From the IMG/VR virus record IMGVR_UViG_3300049780_000015, positions 1 through 33,850 of that record: a stretch of 33,850 nt of DNA; one strand, given 5' to 3'. Shown here piece after piece: positions 16,246-24,378 of the stretch. The notes below the pieces were generated by a model that saw only the letters and a list, made by a program, of their open reading frames with translations, searched no databases and was not told where the DNA came from. How positions within the stretch are numbered: the stretch's first letter is position 1; each line of letters opens with the position of its first letter. The translations under genes were made by a program, and so were the position numbers. Source of the DNA: a virus. Taxonomy: Duplodnaviria > Caudoviricetes.

Positions 16246-16872
16246 ATGTTGAGAGCAGGGCAGGGGCGCGGTCGGCGTGGAATGGGGAGTGGGTCTGATG
16301 GGACATCCTTCACGGGCACCGTCTTTACCGACAGCTTTAACCGGCCTGACGGCGACCTGACATCAACCTCCCGCTGGGCCCTTGTCGCTGGGGGAGCGGG
16401 AGGCAACCTTGTGGTTTCTTCGGGCAAGCTCGCAGCGCTGGCAACCGACACGACTGGCACGGCAGCCCAAGGCCCCGACCTTGGCTCCGCCAACCATTAT
16501 GTCCAGGCGAGCATTCAGCAGGGGGCAGGCATCTCCGGCCCGTTCATTTGCGCCCGTCTGGTAGATGCCAACAACTTCGTTGGCATTCGTTACAACACGA
16601 ACAGCTCTCCGGCGTCCATTGAGCTTTACAAGCGCGTGGCGGGCACGTTGACCTCGCTTGTTGCGGCATCGAGTGCCAATCGCCCAATTGGAGCGGTGAT
16701 GCGGCTTGAGGTCAGCGGTGATATGGCGACCGTGAAGTCCGACGGCGCGGTTATTCTTGGCCCCGTTGTTATCGGGGGCAGCAATACGACCGGCAATCGT
16801 GCAGGCGTCGTGGCACGAGTGATTGCCGCGAATCCCTGGATTGATAATTTCGAGGTTGGTGTTCTGGCCTAG
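16246..16872 (+). CDS. Beta-sandwich (ConA/LamG-like) virion protein, possible head fibre
   Basis: FTDSFNRPDG...W, MRLEVSG, AGV...WIDNFEV pattern; Gly-rich N-terminal tether. Confidence 0.6.
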   Translation: MLRAGQGRGRRGMGSGSDGTSFTGTVFTDSFNRPDGDLTSTSRWALVAGGAGGNLVVSSGKLAALATDTTGTAAQGPDLGSANHYVQASIQQGAGISGPFICARLVDANNFVGIRYNTNSSPASIELYKRVAGTLTSLVAASSANRPIGAVMRLEVSGDMATVKSDGAVILGPVVIGGSNTTGNRAGVVARVIAANPWIDNFEVGVLA

Positions 16873-17105
16873 CGGAGGAGTAGAGGCTCCGCATCTGTTC
16901 GGGCTGATACGCGCCGCGCCCGGTGAGTGCATACTGGCCGGATAAAGTAAAATTTCCGTAGCCGCCTGGTTGAGGCGACTTTTTTATTCTCTTTGGGCCT
17001 GAGGGCTGCGCAAGCTAGCGCGAGGCGCTCACGGGTTTCAGTGGTGGGGCCGCCGTTCGACTCGGCAGCCTGGCGCTGTCGTGACGCCCTCAGGTCCATA
17101 CCTGT

Positions 17106-17888
17106 CTAAGGCAAATCAAACTCACCGAGGTTTCTTCGTGCGGAGTAGGAAGCCAGTGCAATATCAAGAGCGTCAATTACAATACGCTCCGCAGATCCCA
17201 TTAGCAAATCGGTGAATTCATCCAACGAGTAGAGCCACTCGTCCTTGTTGGCGCGTCTACATTCATCGATCGCTTTAAGGTAGGGTCGCAAATCAGCTTC
17301 GTATTCAAGCTTGAGGATCTTCGGGTCACGAGGAACCATAAACCTCATGTTGTCCCCAGTCGGAGCCGAAGCAGCATAGATTTTTACGCCGCCTGCAACA
17401 TGATGGAACCAAGCAACCCTGTAATCATGAATTGCGCCAATTGCCTCAAGGTTTCGATCAAAGAAACTTGAAAGACGTGGCTCAACCTCCCGAAGTTTTT
17501 TGCGGGCTTCTGCGTGGTGAAACAGGTGCCTGTGCAGTAATGGCCTAATTTGGTAGTAGTCGACAAACCAACCTGCCGTGAGTTCTATAGAACCTTGGCA
17601 ATAGGTTACTAATGAGGCCGAATGATACTGGACGAACATGCTTAGGTCGCTGCTGTAGTCCTTCGGCGGTATAGCTCGGACGCGGAGCAGGCTGTCATAA
17701 GCGTAACGAGCCATCGCAACGTTTTCGAGCACCTCCCTCCACTTTGCCCAAGTGGAATCCCGATTGAAGCCGTCCTCGGTTCTACGAAAGGCGAGATCGC
17801 TTATCTGCTGCAGGGCTGGAAATGATGAGAACGGTGGCTTCTGCAGATACGGGGGCAGAATTAAAGGCAAGAGATCTGGACGAGTCAC
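17106..17888 (-). CDS. Antisense moron; putative HEPN (Cthe_2314-like) RNase
   Basis: Rx4H motif (DYRVAWFHH) after helix SASLVTYCQGSIELTAGWFVDYY; AT-richer; AAGGA RBS. Confidence 0.65.
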   Translation of the reverse strand: MTRPDLLPLILPPYLQKPPFSSFPALQQISDLAFRRTEDGFNRDSTWAKWREVLENVAMARYAYDSLLRVRAIPPKDYSSDLSMFVQYHSASLVTYCQGSIELTAGWFVDYYQIRPLLHRHLFHHAEARKKLREVEPRLSSFFDRNLEAIGAIHDYRVAWFHHVAGGVKIYAASAPTGDNMRFMVPRDPKILKLEYEADLRPYLKAIDECRRANKDEWLYSLDEFTDLLMGSAERIVIDALDIALASYSARRNLGEFDLP

Positions 17889-18044
17889 ACCAAGTGGTCC
17901 TTCTTGGTTCCTAGGGAAAATTTACTTCGGCTGGACGGCCTCACTCCTCGACGAGTGTCAGATGTGCGACTTGTACTACCGTATTGGCTGAACCGGCTAT
18001 CCCCTCGATGTGGCAGAGCGCATGGCCGGAGTTAGCGTTCCACA

Positions 18045-18073
18045 GTCGCCTTGATTGGCGGCCTTTCTATTTT
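18045..18073 (+). terminator. Putative intrinsic terminator
   Basis: GTCGCC-TTGATT-GGCGGC then CTTTCTATTTT. Confidence 0.5.
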
Positions 18074-18121
18074 CGAGCTTCACGTAGGCCGGCGCATGAC
18101 GTGCTGGTCACGATGATGAAC

Positions 18122-18146
18122 AGCCGTCCTTCGGGGCGGCTTTTTT
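18122..18146 (+). terminator. Intrinsic terminator with UUCG loop
   Basis: AGCCGTCC-TTCG-GGGCGGCT then TTTTT. Confidence 0.8.
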
Positions 18147-18159
18147 GTTGAGAGAACCT

Positions 18160-19017
18160 ATGAACGTGGATGACATCCAGAACGACGGGCTGGCGGACGA
18201 TGAGCTGCTGGCCGGAGGCGAACAGTCTGAAGAGAACGACGAGGAGCAAGACGGCTCCGACGAGAACTCCGATACAGAGACTGAGGAAGAGGATGGTGCC
18301 GATGAGGCCGATTCCGATGCCTCGGATGACGAAGGCGACGAAGAAGAGCAGCCCAAGCGCAAGCGCCGTACCGGCAGCGAGCGTCTGAGGCGCCGTATCG
18401 AGGCTCTTGAGGCCGAAAACCAATCCCTGCGCAGTCGCCCCCAGGTTGATGGCGCGGATTTGGAGAAGGCCGTTCAAGCCGAGATCGGTGACCCGCCGAA
18501 GGAGTCGGATTACCCCGACTATCTCGCCTACGAGCGGGCGATGATCGCCTATGAGGCTGACAAGCGAGCGGTTACTCGCGAGGTCAAGCGCACGATGGAA
18601 GGCCAGGCGGCCCGTGAGACTGCCAGGCAGGCCGAAGTGTACGAGGCCTACGATGATCGTCTCGAGGACGCCGAGAAGGCCATTCCCGGCCTGAAGGCGA
18701 CCATCGCGAAAGCGGACATCCAAGTCCGCAACCACGTGGTCGGCCTGATCGTCGAGAGCGAGAAGGGTCCGCTCATCGCCCACCATCTGGCGAAGAACCC
18801 CAGCAAGGTCGCCGAGCTCAACCGCATGTCGCCCCTCGCGGCTGCGAAGGAGATCGGCCGTCTGGAGTCTCGCCTGTCTCTGCCGAAACCCAAAACCACA
18901 ACCTCGGCCCCTCCGCCTGTTGCTCCGATCCGGGGCTCGGCGGCTCCCGCCAAAGATCCTTCGAAAATGTCACCCGCTGAATATCGCGCGTGGCGCCAGA
19001 AGGGTGGCGGGAAGTAA
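18160..19017 (+). CDS. Capsid scaffolding protein
   Basis: Acidic N-terminus, coiled coil, AAKEIGRLESRL, C-terminal KMSPAEYRAWR; directly before the coat gene. Confidence 0.88.
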   Translation: MNVDDIQNDGLADDELLAGGEQSEENDEEQDGSDENSDTETEEEDGADEADSDASDDEGDEEEQPKRKRRTGSERLRRRIEALEAENQSLRSRPQVDGADLEKAVQAEIGDPPKESDYPDYLAYERAMIAYEADKRAVTREVKRTMEGQAARETARQAEVYEAYDDRLEDAEKAIPGLKATIAKADIQVRNHVVGLIVESEKGPLIAHHLAKNPSKVAELNRMSPLAAAKEIGRLESRLSLPKPKTTTSAPPPVAPIRGSAAPAKDPSKMSPAEYRAWRQKGGGK

Positions 19018-19046
19018 CGGGCTCATTCTGAAAGGCTCAAACGCCC

Positions 19047-20279
19047 ATGGCTAACAAGCTCATCACTCCGAGCGTCATCGCCAAAGAAGCGCTGATGCAG
19101 ATGGAGAACAACCTGGTGTTCGCGAACCGCGTGCACCGGGAATACAAGAAGGAATTCGTCAAGGTCGGCGATACCGTCTCCATCCGTCGCCCGGTGAAGT
19201 TCTACGCCGCCGACGGCGCGACCCTGCAGAAGCAGGACGTCGAGGAAGGCAACGTGTCGATCAAGGTCGACCAGCGCAAGCACGTCGGCTGGGAGTTCAA
19301 CACCAAGGACCTCACCCTCAGCGTCGAGGAATACTCCAAGCGCTACATCGAGCCGGCTTGCATCACGCTCGCTCAGGTGCTCGACCAGGCGGTTGCAGGC
19401 CAGTACTTCAAGTTCTGGAACCTCGTCGGCACGCCCGGCACCACGCCTTCGACGTTCGCGCACCTCGGCGCGGCCGCTCAGCGCATGGACGAGATGGCGG
19501 TGCCGTCGAAGCCCCGCGCTGCGGTCATGAACCCGGCTGCCGGCTGGTCCCCCGCTGGTGGACAGACCGCCCTCTACATGTCGGATGTCGCCAAGAGCGC
19601 CTACCGTGAAGGCACCATCGGTGACATCGCCGGGTTCGACACGTTCCGTTCCCAGAACGTGAGGAACCACATCGTGGGCACCAAGGCCGGCACTCCGCTG
19701 GTCAATGGCGCCAGCCAGGGCGTGACCTACCAGGCCAACGGCGGCGCCAACAAGCAGACCCTTAACACCAAGGGCTGGACCAACGGTTCCGCGGTTCTGA
19801 AGAAGGGCGACGTCTTCACCATCGCCGGCGTCTACGCCGTCAACCCGGTCCCGGGCGAGGGTGCCACCGGTAAGCAGCAGATGCCGTATCTGCAGCAGTT
19901 CACCGTCCTCGCGGACGCTACTGCCGACGGCTCCGGCCTCGCTGCGCTGCAGATCTCCCCGGCGATCATCGCCTCGGGCGCTCAGCAGACGGTCTCGGCG
20001 GCTCCGGCGGACAACGCAGCTATCACCGTGGTGACCGGCAATGCCGGCGTGGCCTACCCGCAGAACCTCGCCTTCGCCCGCAACGCGATCGCGCTGGTGA
20101 ACGTGCCGCTGATCATGCCGGACGGTGCCTCGTTCAAGGCTCAGGAGAGCCATGACGGTCTCTCGATCCGCGTGGTGAAGGACTACGACATCACGAATGA
20201 CGTCGAGATCATCCGTCTCGACATCATGTTCGGTGTCGAGACGATCTACCCGGATCTGGGCGTCCGCATCGCCGGCTAA
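19047..20279 (+). CDS. Major capsid protein (P22 gp5 family)
   Basis: MANKLITPSVIAKEALMQMENNL, KVGDTVSIRRP, LKKGDVFTIAGV, RLDIMFGV. Confidence 0.95.
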   Translation: MANKLITPSVIAKEALMQMENNLVFANRVHREYKKEFVKVGDTVSIRRPVKFYAADGATLQKQDVEEGNVSIKVDQRKHVGWEFNTKDLTLSVEEYSKRYIEPACITLAQVLDQAVAGQYFKFWNLVGTPGTTPSTFAHLGAAAQRMDEMAVPSKPRAAVMNPAAGWSPAGGQTALYMSDVAKSAYREGTIGDIAGFDTFRSQNVRNHIVGTKAGTPLVNGASQGVTYQANGGANKQTLNTKGWTNGSAVLKKGDVFTIAGVYAVNPVPGEGATGKQQMPYLQQFTVLADATADGSGLAALQISPAIIASGAQQTVSAAPADNAAITVVTGNAGVAYPQNLAFARNAIALVNVPLIMPDGASFKAQESHDGLSIRVVKDYDITNDVEIIRLDIMFGVETIYPDLGVRIAG

Positions 20280-20287
20280 AGCTACGG

Positions 20288-20312
20288 GGGGAGGGCTCAG
20301 CTCTCCCCTTTT
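20288..20312 (+). terminator. Terminator after coat gene
   Basis: GGGGAGGGC-TCA-GCTCTCCCC then TTTT. Confidence 0.75.
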
Positions 20313-20371
20313 CGCTCCGCAGGTGGCGCTCTGAGCCTGCAATCCCCTGAAATTCAGCATGGAGGCCCGAG

Positions 20372-20776
20372 ATGGCCGATAAGACGCCCACCTGGGGCTA
20401 CCACGCCGTCGAACCGGCGAGGATCTTCCACCTCGCTCCCAGCGAGAAGCTGCCCGAAGGCTGGGCTGATACCCCGGCCGCTTTCGCCAAGAAGCAGGAC
20501 GAGACAACCGAGAGCTTCGGGCCAGACGGCAATCCAGCCATCGAAGCCGCCGTCGAGCGCATCCGCGAACTCGAGCAGGTCATCGAGGCTGGCAAGCGAG
20601 AGAACGCCGAGCTGCGTGAGGAGCTGAAGGGCGCCGATGAGGAGGCCGATGCCGCCGCGGCGCAGGTAAAGCTCCTGAGCGAGGAGCGTGACGCTCTCAA
20701 GGCTCAGGCCGAAAAGCTCGCAGCCGAGAACGAACAGCTGCGCGCCGGCCACGTCGCGACGAAGAAGGGCAAGTAA
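20372..20776 (+). CDS. Hypothetical coiled-coil protein
   Basis: RBS GGAGG; LPEGWADTPA motif plus heptad repeats. Confidence 0.8.
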   Translation: MADKTPTWGYHAVEPARIFHLAPSEKLPEGWADTPAAFAKKQDETTESFGPDGNPAIEAAVERIRELEQVIEAGKRENAELREELKGADEEADAAAAQVKLLSEERDALKAQAEKLAAENEQLRAGHVATKKGK

Positions 20777-20779
20777 CCC

Positions 20780-21139
20780 ATGGCTCTGACCAAAGCGCAG
20801 CTCATCCAGGAGGTCCTTGAGGACCTGGTGGCCACCGGAGCCGGTCAGACTGCGACGGCCGAGGACACGGCTGCCGTTGAGCGGCGCTTTGGCCCGGCCT
20901 GTGAAGATCTGTTCCGCCGGAACATCTGTGACGTGTTCGACGAAGACGACATCCCGGCGGAATACTTCAACCACCTTGTCGTGATCGTCAGGAACGTCGT
21001 CGCTCCGAAGTTCGGCGGTGCGGATGATGAGGCCCAGCGACTGCGAGCTGAAGAGGCGCTGAGGCACATCAGTCGCCAGAACCAGCCGCGGCGCAAGCTG
21101 AAGATCGACCGGGCGTTGCTTCCGAGGCGCTGCTTCTGA
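20780..21139 (+). CDS. Head-to-tail adaptor (P22 gp4-like)
   Basis: TKAQLIQEVLEDLVATGAGQTATAED...; size and position. Confidence 0.75.
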   Translation: MALTKAQLIQEVLEDLVATGAGQTATAEDTAAVERRFGPACEDLFRRNICDVFDEDDIPAEYFNHLVVIVRNVVAPKFGGADDEAQRLRAEEALRHISRQNQPRRKLKIDRALLPRRCF

Positions 21140-22518
21140 TGCCCAACATTCCCTTTCCCATTTCCTCGACGCCTGGCCTTCGCCCTGGCGAGGGCGAGGG
21201 GAGAATCGTCAACGGCTATACCGAAAAGGGCGGCGATACGTTCTATGTCCGCCGCGTTCCGGGGCTGGTGACGGTCGCTAATACCGGCAAGACCGGCCCG
21301 CGGGGCATGATCGACGTAAACGGCACGATCTATGTCGCCTACACAGATAGCGTGGTGAAGGTTGCGCCTGACAACACGGTGACGGTCCTGACCGGTACGC
21401 TGCCGGGCTCGGACGGTGTCACCTTCGCCCGTAACAACAAGGTCACCAGTGGGGCCTCGACTCCTGATCTCGTGGCCGTGCGCGAGAGTGGCGCCGCCTA
21501 TCTCATCTCGACGACAGCCGTGGCCGCCTTTCCGGACGCGGATCTGCCGGCGACAGTCAACAGTGTGGCATTCCTGGACAGCTTCCTCGTCGGCACAATC
21601 GCAGACGGCAGGATCTTCGCCTCGCAGGTGAACAGCACCGATACGGAGCCCTTGTCCTTCGCCACTGCGGAAGCGCAGGCGGACGGATTGCTGCGCGGAA
21701 TCGCCTATGGCGGCCTATTCTATGCCATGGGGCAGAGCTCTATCGAGCCATGGCGCAACATCGGCGCCATGCCGTTCCCGCTCCAGCGCTCCACCTCGAT
21801 TATCCCGGTTGGCATCCTCACCACTATGGCGGTTGCAGGCTTTGAGCTTGGATACGACCGCAACCCGTTCTTCGTGGCCCATGACGGCACGGTTCGCGGC
21901 CTGAATGGCTATGAGGCCCCCGTGGTCTCGACCCCCGATGTGGAAGCGTTCATTGCCAAGTCCACGGTTTCGACGCTTGAAGCCTCTGTGTATACCGCCA
22001 AGGGCAAGGCATTCTGGGTTCTCTCGTCCGATCAGGGCACATGGGAGCTGAACGTCACCTCGACCGCATGGCATGAGCGGGTAAGCGCAGGCTCTAACCG
22101 TTGGCGCGGCTCCCGGTCGGTCAAGCGGGGCAATCAATGGCTCGTCGGTGACAAGCTGTCCACGAACCTGCTTGCGGTCTCCGACGGTGTGACCACTGAG
22201 GCCGGAACGCCAGTTGAATGGATGGTTGAAGGCGTTCTCCGCGAATATCCCACCCGGATAGCCATCCCGGCCGCCTTCGGGAATTTCACGGAGGCTGAGG
22301 GCGCCACGGTGGATGTCTCGTGGTCACATGATGGCGGCAAGACCTATGCCACGCCTCTGGCCCGTTCTCTGGACCAAGCTGACCGCTATCCGGTGCGGGT
22401 CAACCGCCTGGGCATGTCCACACATCACGGCTTGAGGCTGCGCTACTCGTCCAGCTCCACGGTCGATTTCTCCTTCATGGGCGCTTCGGTTCCCAAGGCA
22501 CAGGGGAGGGGTTCGTAA
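21139..22518 (+). CDS. Tail hub / packaged-DNA stabilisation protein (P22 gp10-like)
   Basis: 459 aa beta-propeller-like; SFATAEAQADGL, WHERVS, VSWSHDGGKT, RLG. Confidence 0.85.
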   Translation: MPNIPFPISSTPGLRPGEGEGRIVNGYTEKGGDTFYVRRVPGLVTVANTGKTGPRGMIDVNGTIYVAYTDSVVKVAPDNTVTVLTGTLPGSDGVTFARNNKVTSGASTPDLVAVRESGAAYLISTTAVAAFPDADLPATVNSVAFLDSFLVGTIADGRIFASQVNSTDTEPLSFATAEAQADGLLRGIAYGGLFYAMGQSSIEPWRNIGAMPFPLQRSTSIIPVGILTTMAVAGFELGYDRNPFFVAHDGTVRGLNGYEAPVVSTPDVEAFIAKSTVSTLEASVYTAKGKAFWVLSSDQGTWELNVTSTAWHERVSAGSNRWRGSRSVKRGNQWLVGDKLSTNLLAVSDGVTTEAGTPVEWMVEGVLREYPTRIAIPAAFGNFTEAEGATVDVSWSHDGGKTYATPLARSLDQADRYPVRVNRLGMSTHHGLRLRYSSSSTVDFSFMGASVPKAQGRGS

Positions 22519-23474
22519 TGGCAATCGATGAAGCCGGCCTTCCCTATGTGATGCCGGCCACCGTCCCGCGCGTTACGGCGAACGGCAAGCTCACGACGCA
22601 CCTGATCAACTGGGAGGAGAGCACCCGAAACTGGTATTTCACCAACGCGGTGAACACGGACAAGCGCATTACGCAGGTCAAATCAGAGACCGACGCGGCG
22701 CTGGCGGAGTTCACTGAGGACATCCAAGCCCTCACGGATGCCGACAATGCGATGGTGGCGCAGATCACCACGTTGACGGCTAAGACGAACCTCGCCACCG
22801 CAACTGGGCAAATCTACTTTGCCGCCAAGGCAGGGCCTAGCGGATCCGCTGCTGCTTATGGGCTCTACCTGACCGCAGGGTCTGCCTATACCGGCTTTGA
22901 AGCTATCGCCATGAGCGACGGCACTTCGGCCATCGGCCTCACGGCGAGCAAGTTTGTCTTCACCGACAGCGGCACCGCAGAGCAGGTGTTCACCTACTCG
23001 GGCGGGCAATTCGTCCTTACGGGTAACGTTGAGGTAAACGGCAACCTGCTCGTCAATGGCACTGTCGTAACCGACAAGATCCAAGCCAATGCGGTGACTA
23101 ATTTCGGATGGGACGAGACAACCAACGACAGCACCACGGCAACCGCCTATGTAAGCTGTCGGGATGGCGACCGGCTTATTGTGTGGGTCCATGTCTCCCC
23201 CACAGTCAGCAACGTGAACTCCTCCGACCTCGACGGGAATTTCACCGTGACCGCTACCGGCATGAGTTCCCAGACGAGTGACATCTCTAAGGCGATGACT
23301 CGCCTAGACAACGAGGGGACAATTGGTGATCCGGTCTGGGTGAACAAATACACCGCCATGGCAACAGTGGCGATGTTCACATGGTCCGTTCCCTCTACTG
23401 GCACGAAAACCATATCGGTCGCCCCGCGGGACGGGGTTTGCTACCGGGTATTCGCGCAGAGCTTCTCTAAATGA
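22518..23474 (+). CDS. Tail needle/fibre (gp26 position) with a DUF1983-like domain
   Basis: N-terminal coiled coil (LTDADNAMVAQITTLTAK), then SAIGLTASKFVF...LLVNGTVVTDKIQANAVT. Confidence 0.65.
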   Translation: MAIDEAGLPYVMPATVPRVTANGKLTTHLINWEESTRNWYFTNAVNTDKRITQVKSETDAALAEFTEDIQALTDADNAMVAQITTLTAKTNLATATGQIYFAAKAGPSGSAAAYGLYLTAGSAYTGFEAIAMSDGTSAIGLTASKFVFTDSGTAEQVFTYSGGQFVLTGNVEVNGNLLVNGTVVTDKIQANAVTNFGWDETTNDSTTATAYVSCRDGDRLIVWVHVSPTVSNVNSSDLDGNFTVTATGMSSQTSDISKAMTRLDNEGTIGDPVWVNKYTAMATVAMFTWSVPSTGTKTISVAPRDGVCYRVFAQSFSK

Positions 23475-23641
23475 TGATTGCCTACGAAGTGCTTGACACA
23501 ACCGGCACGGTAGTCCGGCGCGGTGAGGTGGCAGAGCAGATCCTGCCGCTCTTGAAAGCGGATGTTGAGGCCCGCGGCTATAGCGTCCGCATCCCTACTG
23601 ACACTGAGAATAGGATGAACGAACATGGCTTCACCCTTTAG
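23471..23641 (+). CDS. 56-aa hypothetical protein (not in ORF track)
   Basis: MMIAYEVLDTTGTVVRRGEVAEQILPLLKADVEARGYSVRIP...; ATGA overlap with the upstream stop and fills the gap exactly. Confidence 0.6.
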   Translation: MMIAYEVLDTTGTVVRRGEVAEQILPLLKADVEARGYSVRIPTDTENRMNEHGFTL

Positions 23642-24368
23642 CGGCAAGGCAGGCCGAAACGCATCCATGGCCGTTATGGCCTTCACCGAGGGGGCCAGAA
23701 AGCGAAACTGGACCGACATTAAGGACGGTCGCAAGGCAAGCCTCGCCCAGCTTGATAGCGGTTACAAGGGCGCCCTCGACACGAACAAGCGGGAGCTCGC
23801 CCTCTATCAGCCGTATGCTGATACCGGCCTCGCGGCGTTCAATTCGTATGCCGACGCAAGCGGCGTCAACGGCCAGGCGGGCTATGATCGGGCAGAGGGC
23901 AACTTCCGCGCCTCTCCGGGCTACCAGTGGCAGGTTGATCAGGCCACGGACGCGGTTGCCCGCAAGGCGTCATCTCTCGGCGCTCTTGGCTCCGGCAACA
24001 CGCAGGCGGCTATTACTGACCGTGCGTCACATCTGGCTGATCTGGAATACGACGATTACCTCGGCCGCCTCGACAATATCGGCAAGACCGGCTTTGCCGC
24101 GACTTCTGCGAAGGGCGATGTTCTGTCGGATCGTGCGGGGCTGTTCGTGGGCCGAGGCCGGGACAAGGCAAACGTCTACCAGCATGCGACTGACATGAAG
24201 ATCAACAGCGCTGGCATGCTGGATCAGATGACAGCTAACGCCATCCAGGGCGGCATGATGGCCAGCCAGAACGCAGCGGCCAATCGCTGGAATTTCGGCA
24301 TGCAGGGCGTGAAGCTCCTGGCGGATTTCGCCGGCTCTGCCTCCGGATCCAAGCTTCTCGGATTGTAA
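23625..24368 (+). CDS. DNA ejection protein (P22 gp7-like)
   Basis: YQPYADTGL, FRASPGYQWQVDQ..A..GALGSGNT; Ala/Gly-rich. Confidence 0.8.
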   Translation: MASPFSGKAGRNASMAVMAFTEGARKRNWTDIKDGRKASLAQLDSGYKGALDTNKRELALYQPYADTGLAAFNSYADASGVNGQAGYDRAEGNFRASPGYQWQVDQATDAVARKASSLGALGSGNTQAAITDRASHLADLEYDDYLGRLDNIGKTGFAATSAKGDVLSDRAGLFVGRGRDKANVYQHATDMKINSAGMLDQMTANAIQGGMMASQNAAANRWNFGMQGVKLLADFAGSASGSKLLGL

Positions 24369-24378
24369 GGATCAGACG

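Noticed and set aside
18160-18350. GAY/GAR-rich low-complexity DNA
   Set aside because: Explained by the acidic N-terminus normal for scaffolding proteins.
19023-20507. Long antisense ORFs such as 19023-20507, 13584-14744, 15021-16007, 12157-12972 and 26624-27571
   Set aside because: Shadow frames of well-supported high-GC phage genes, with no motifs.
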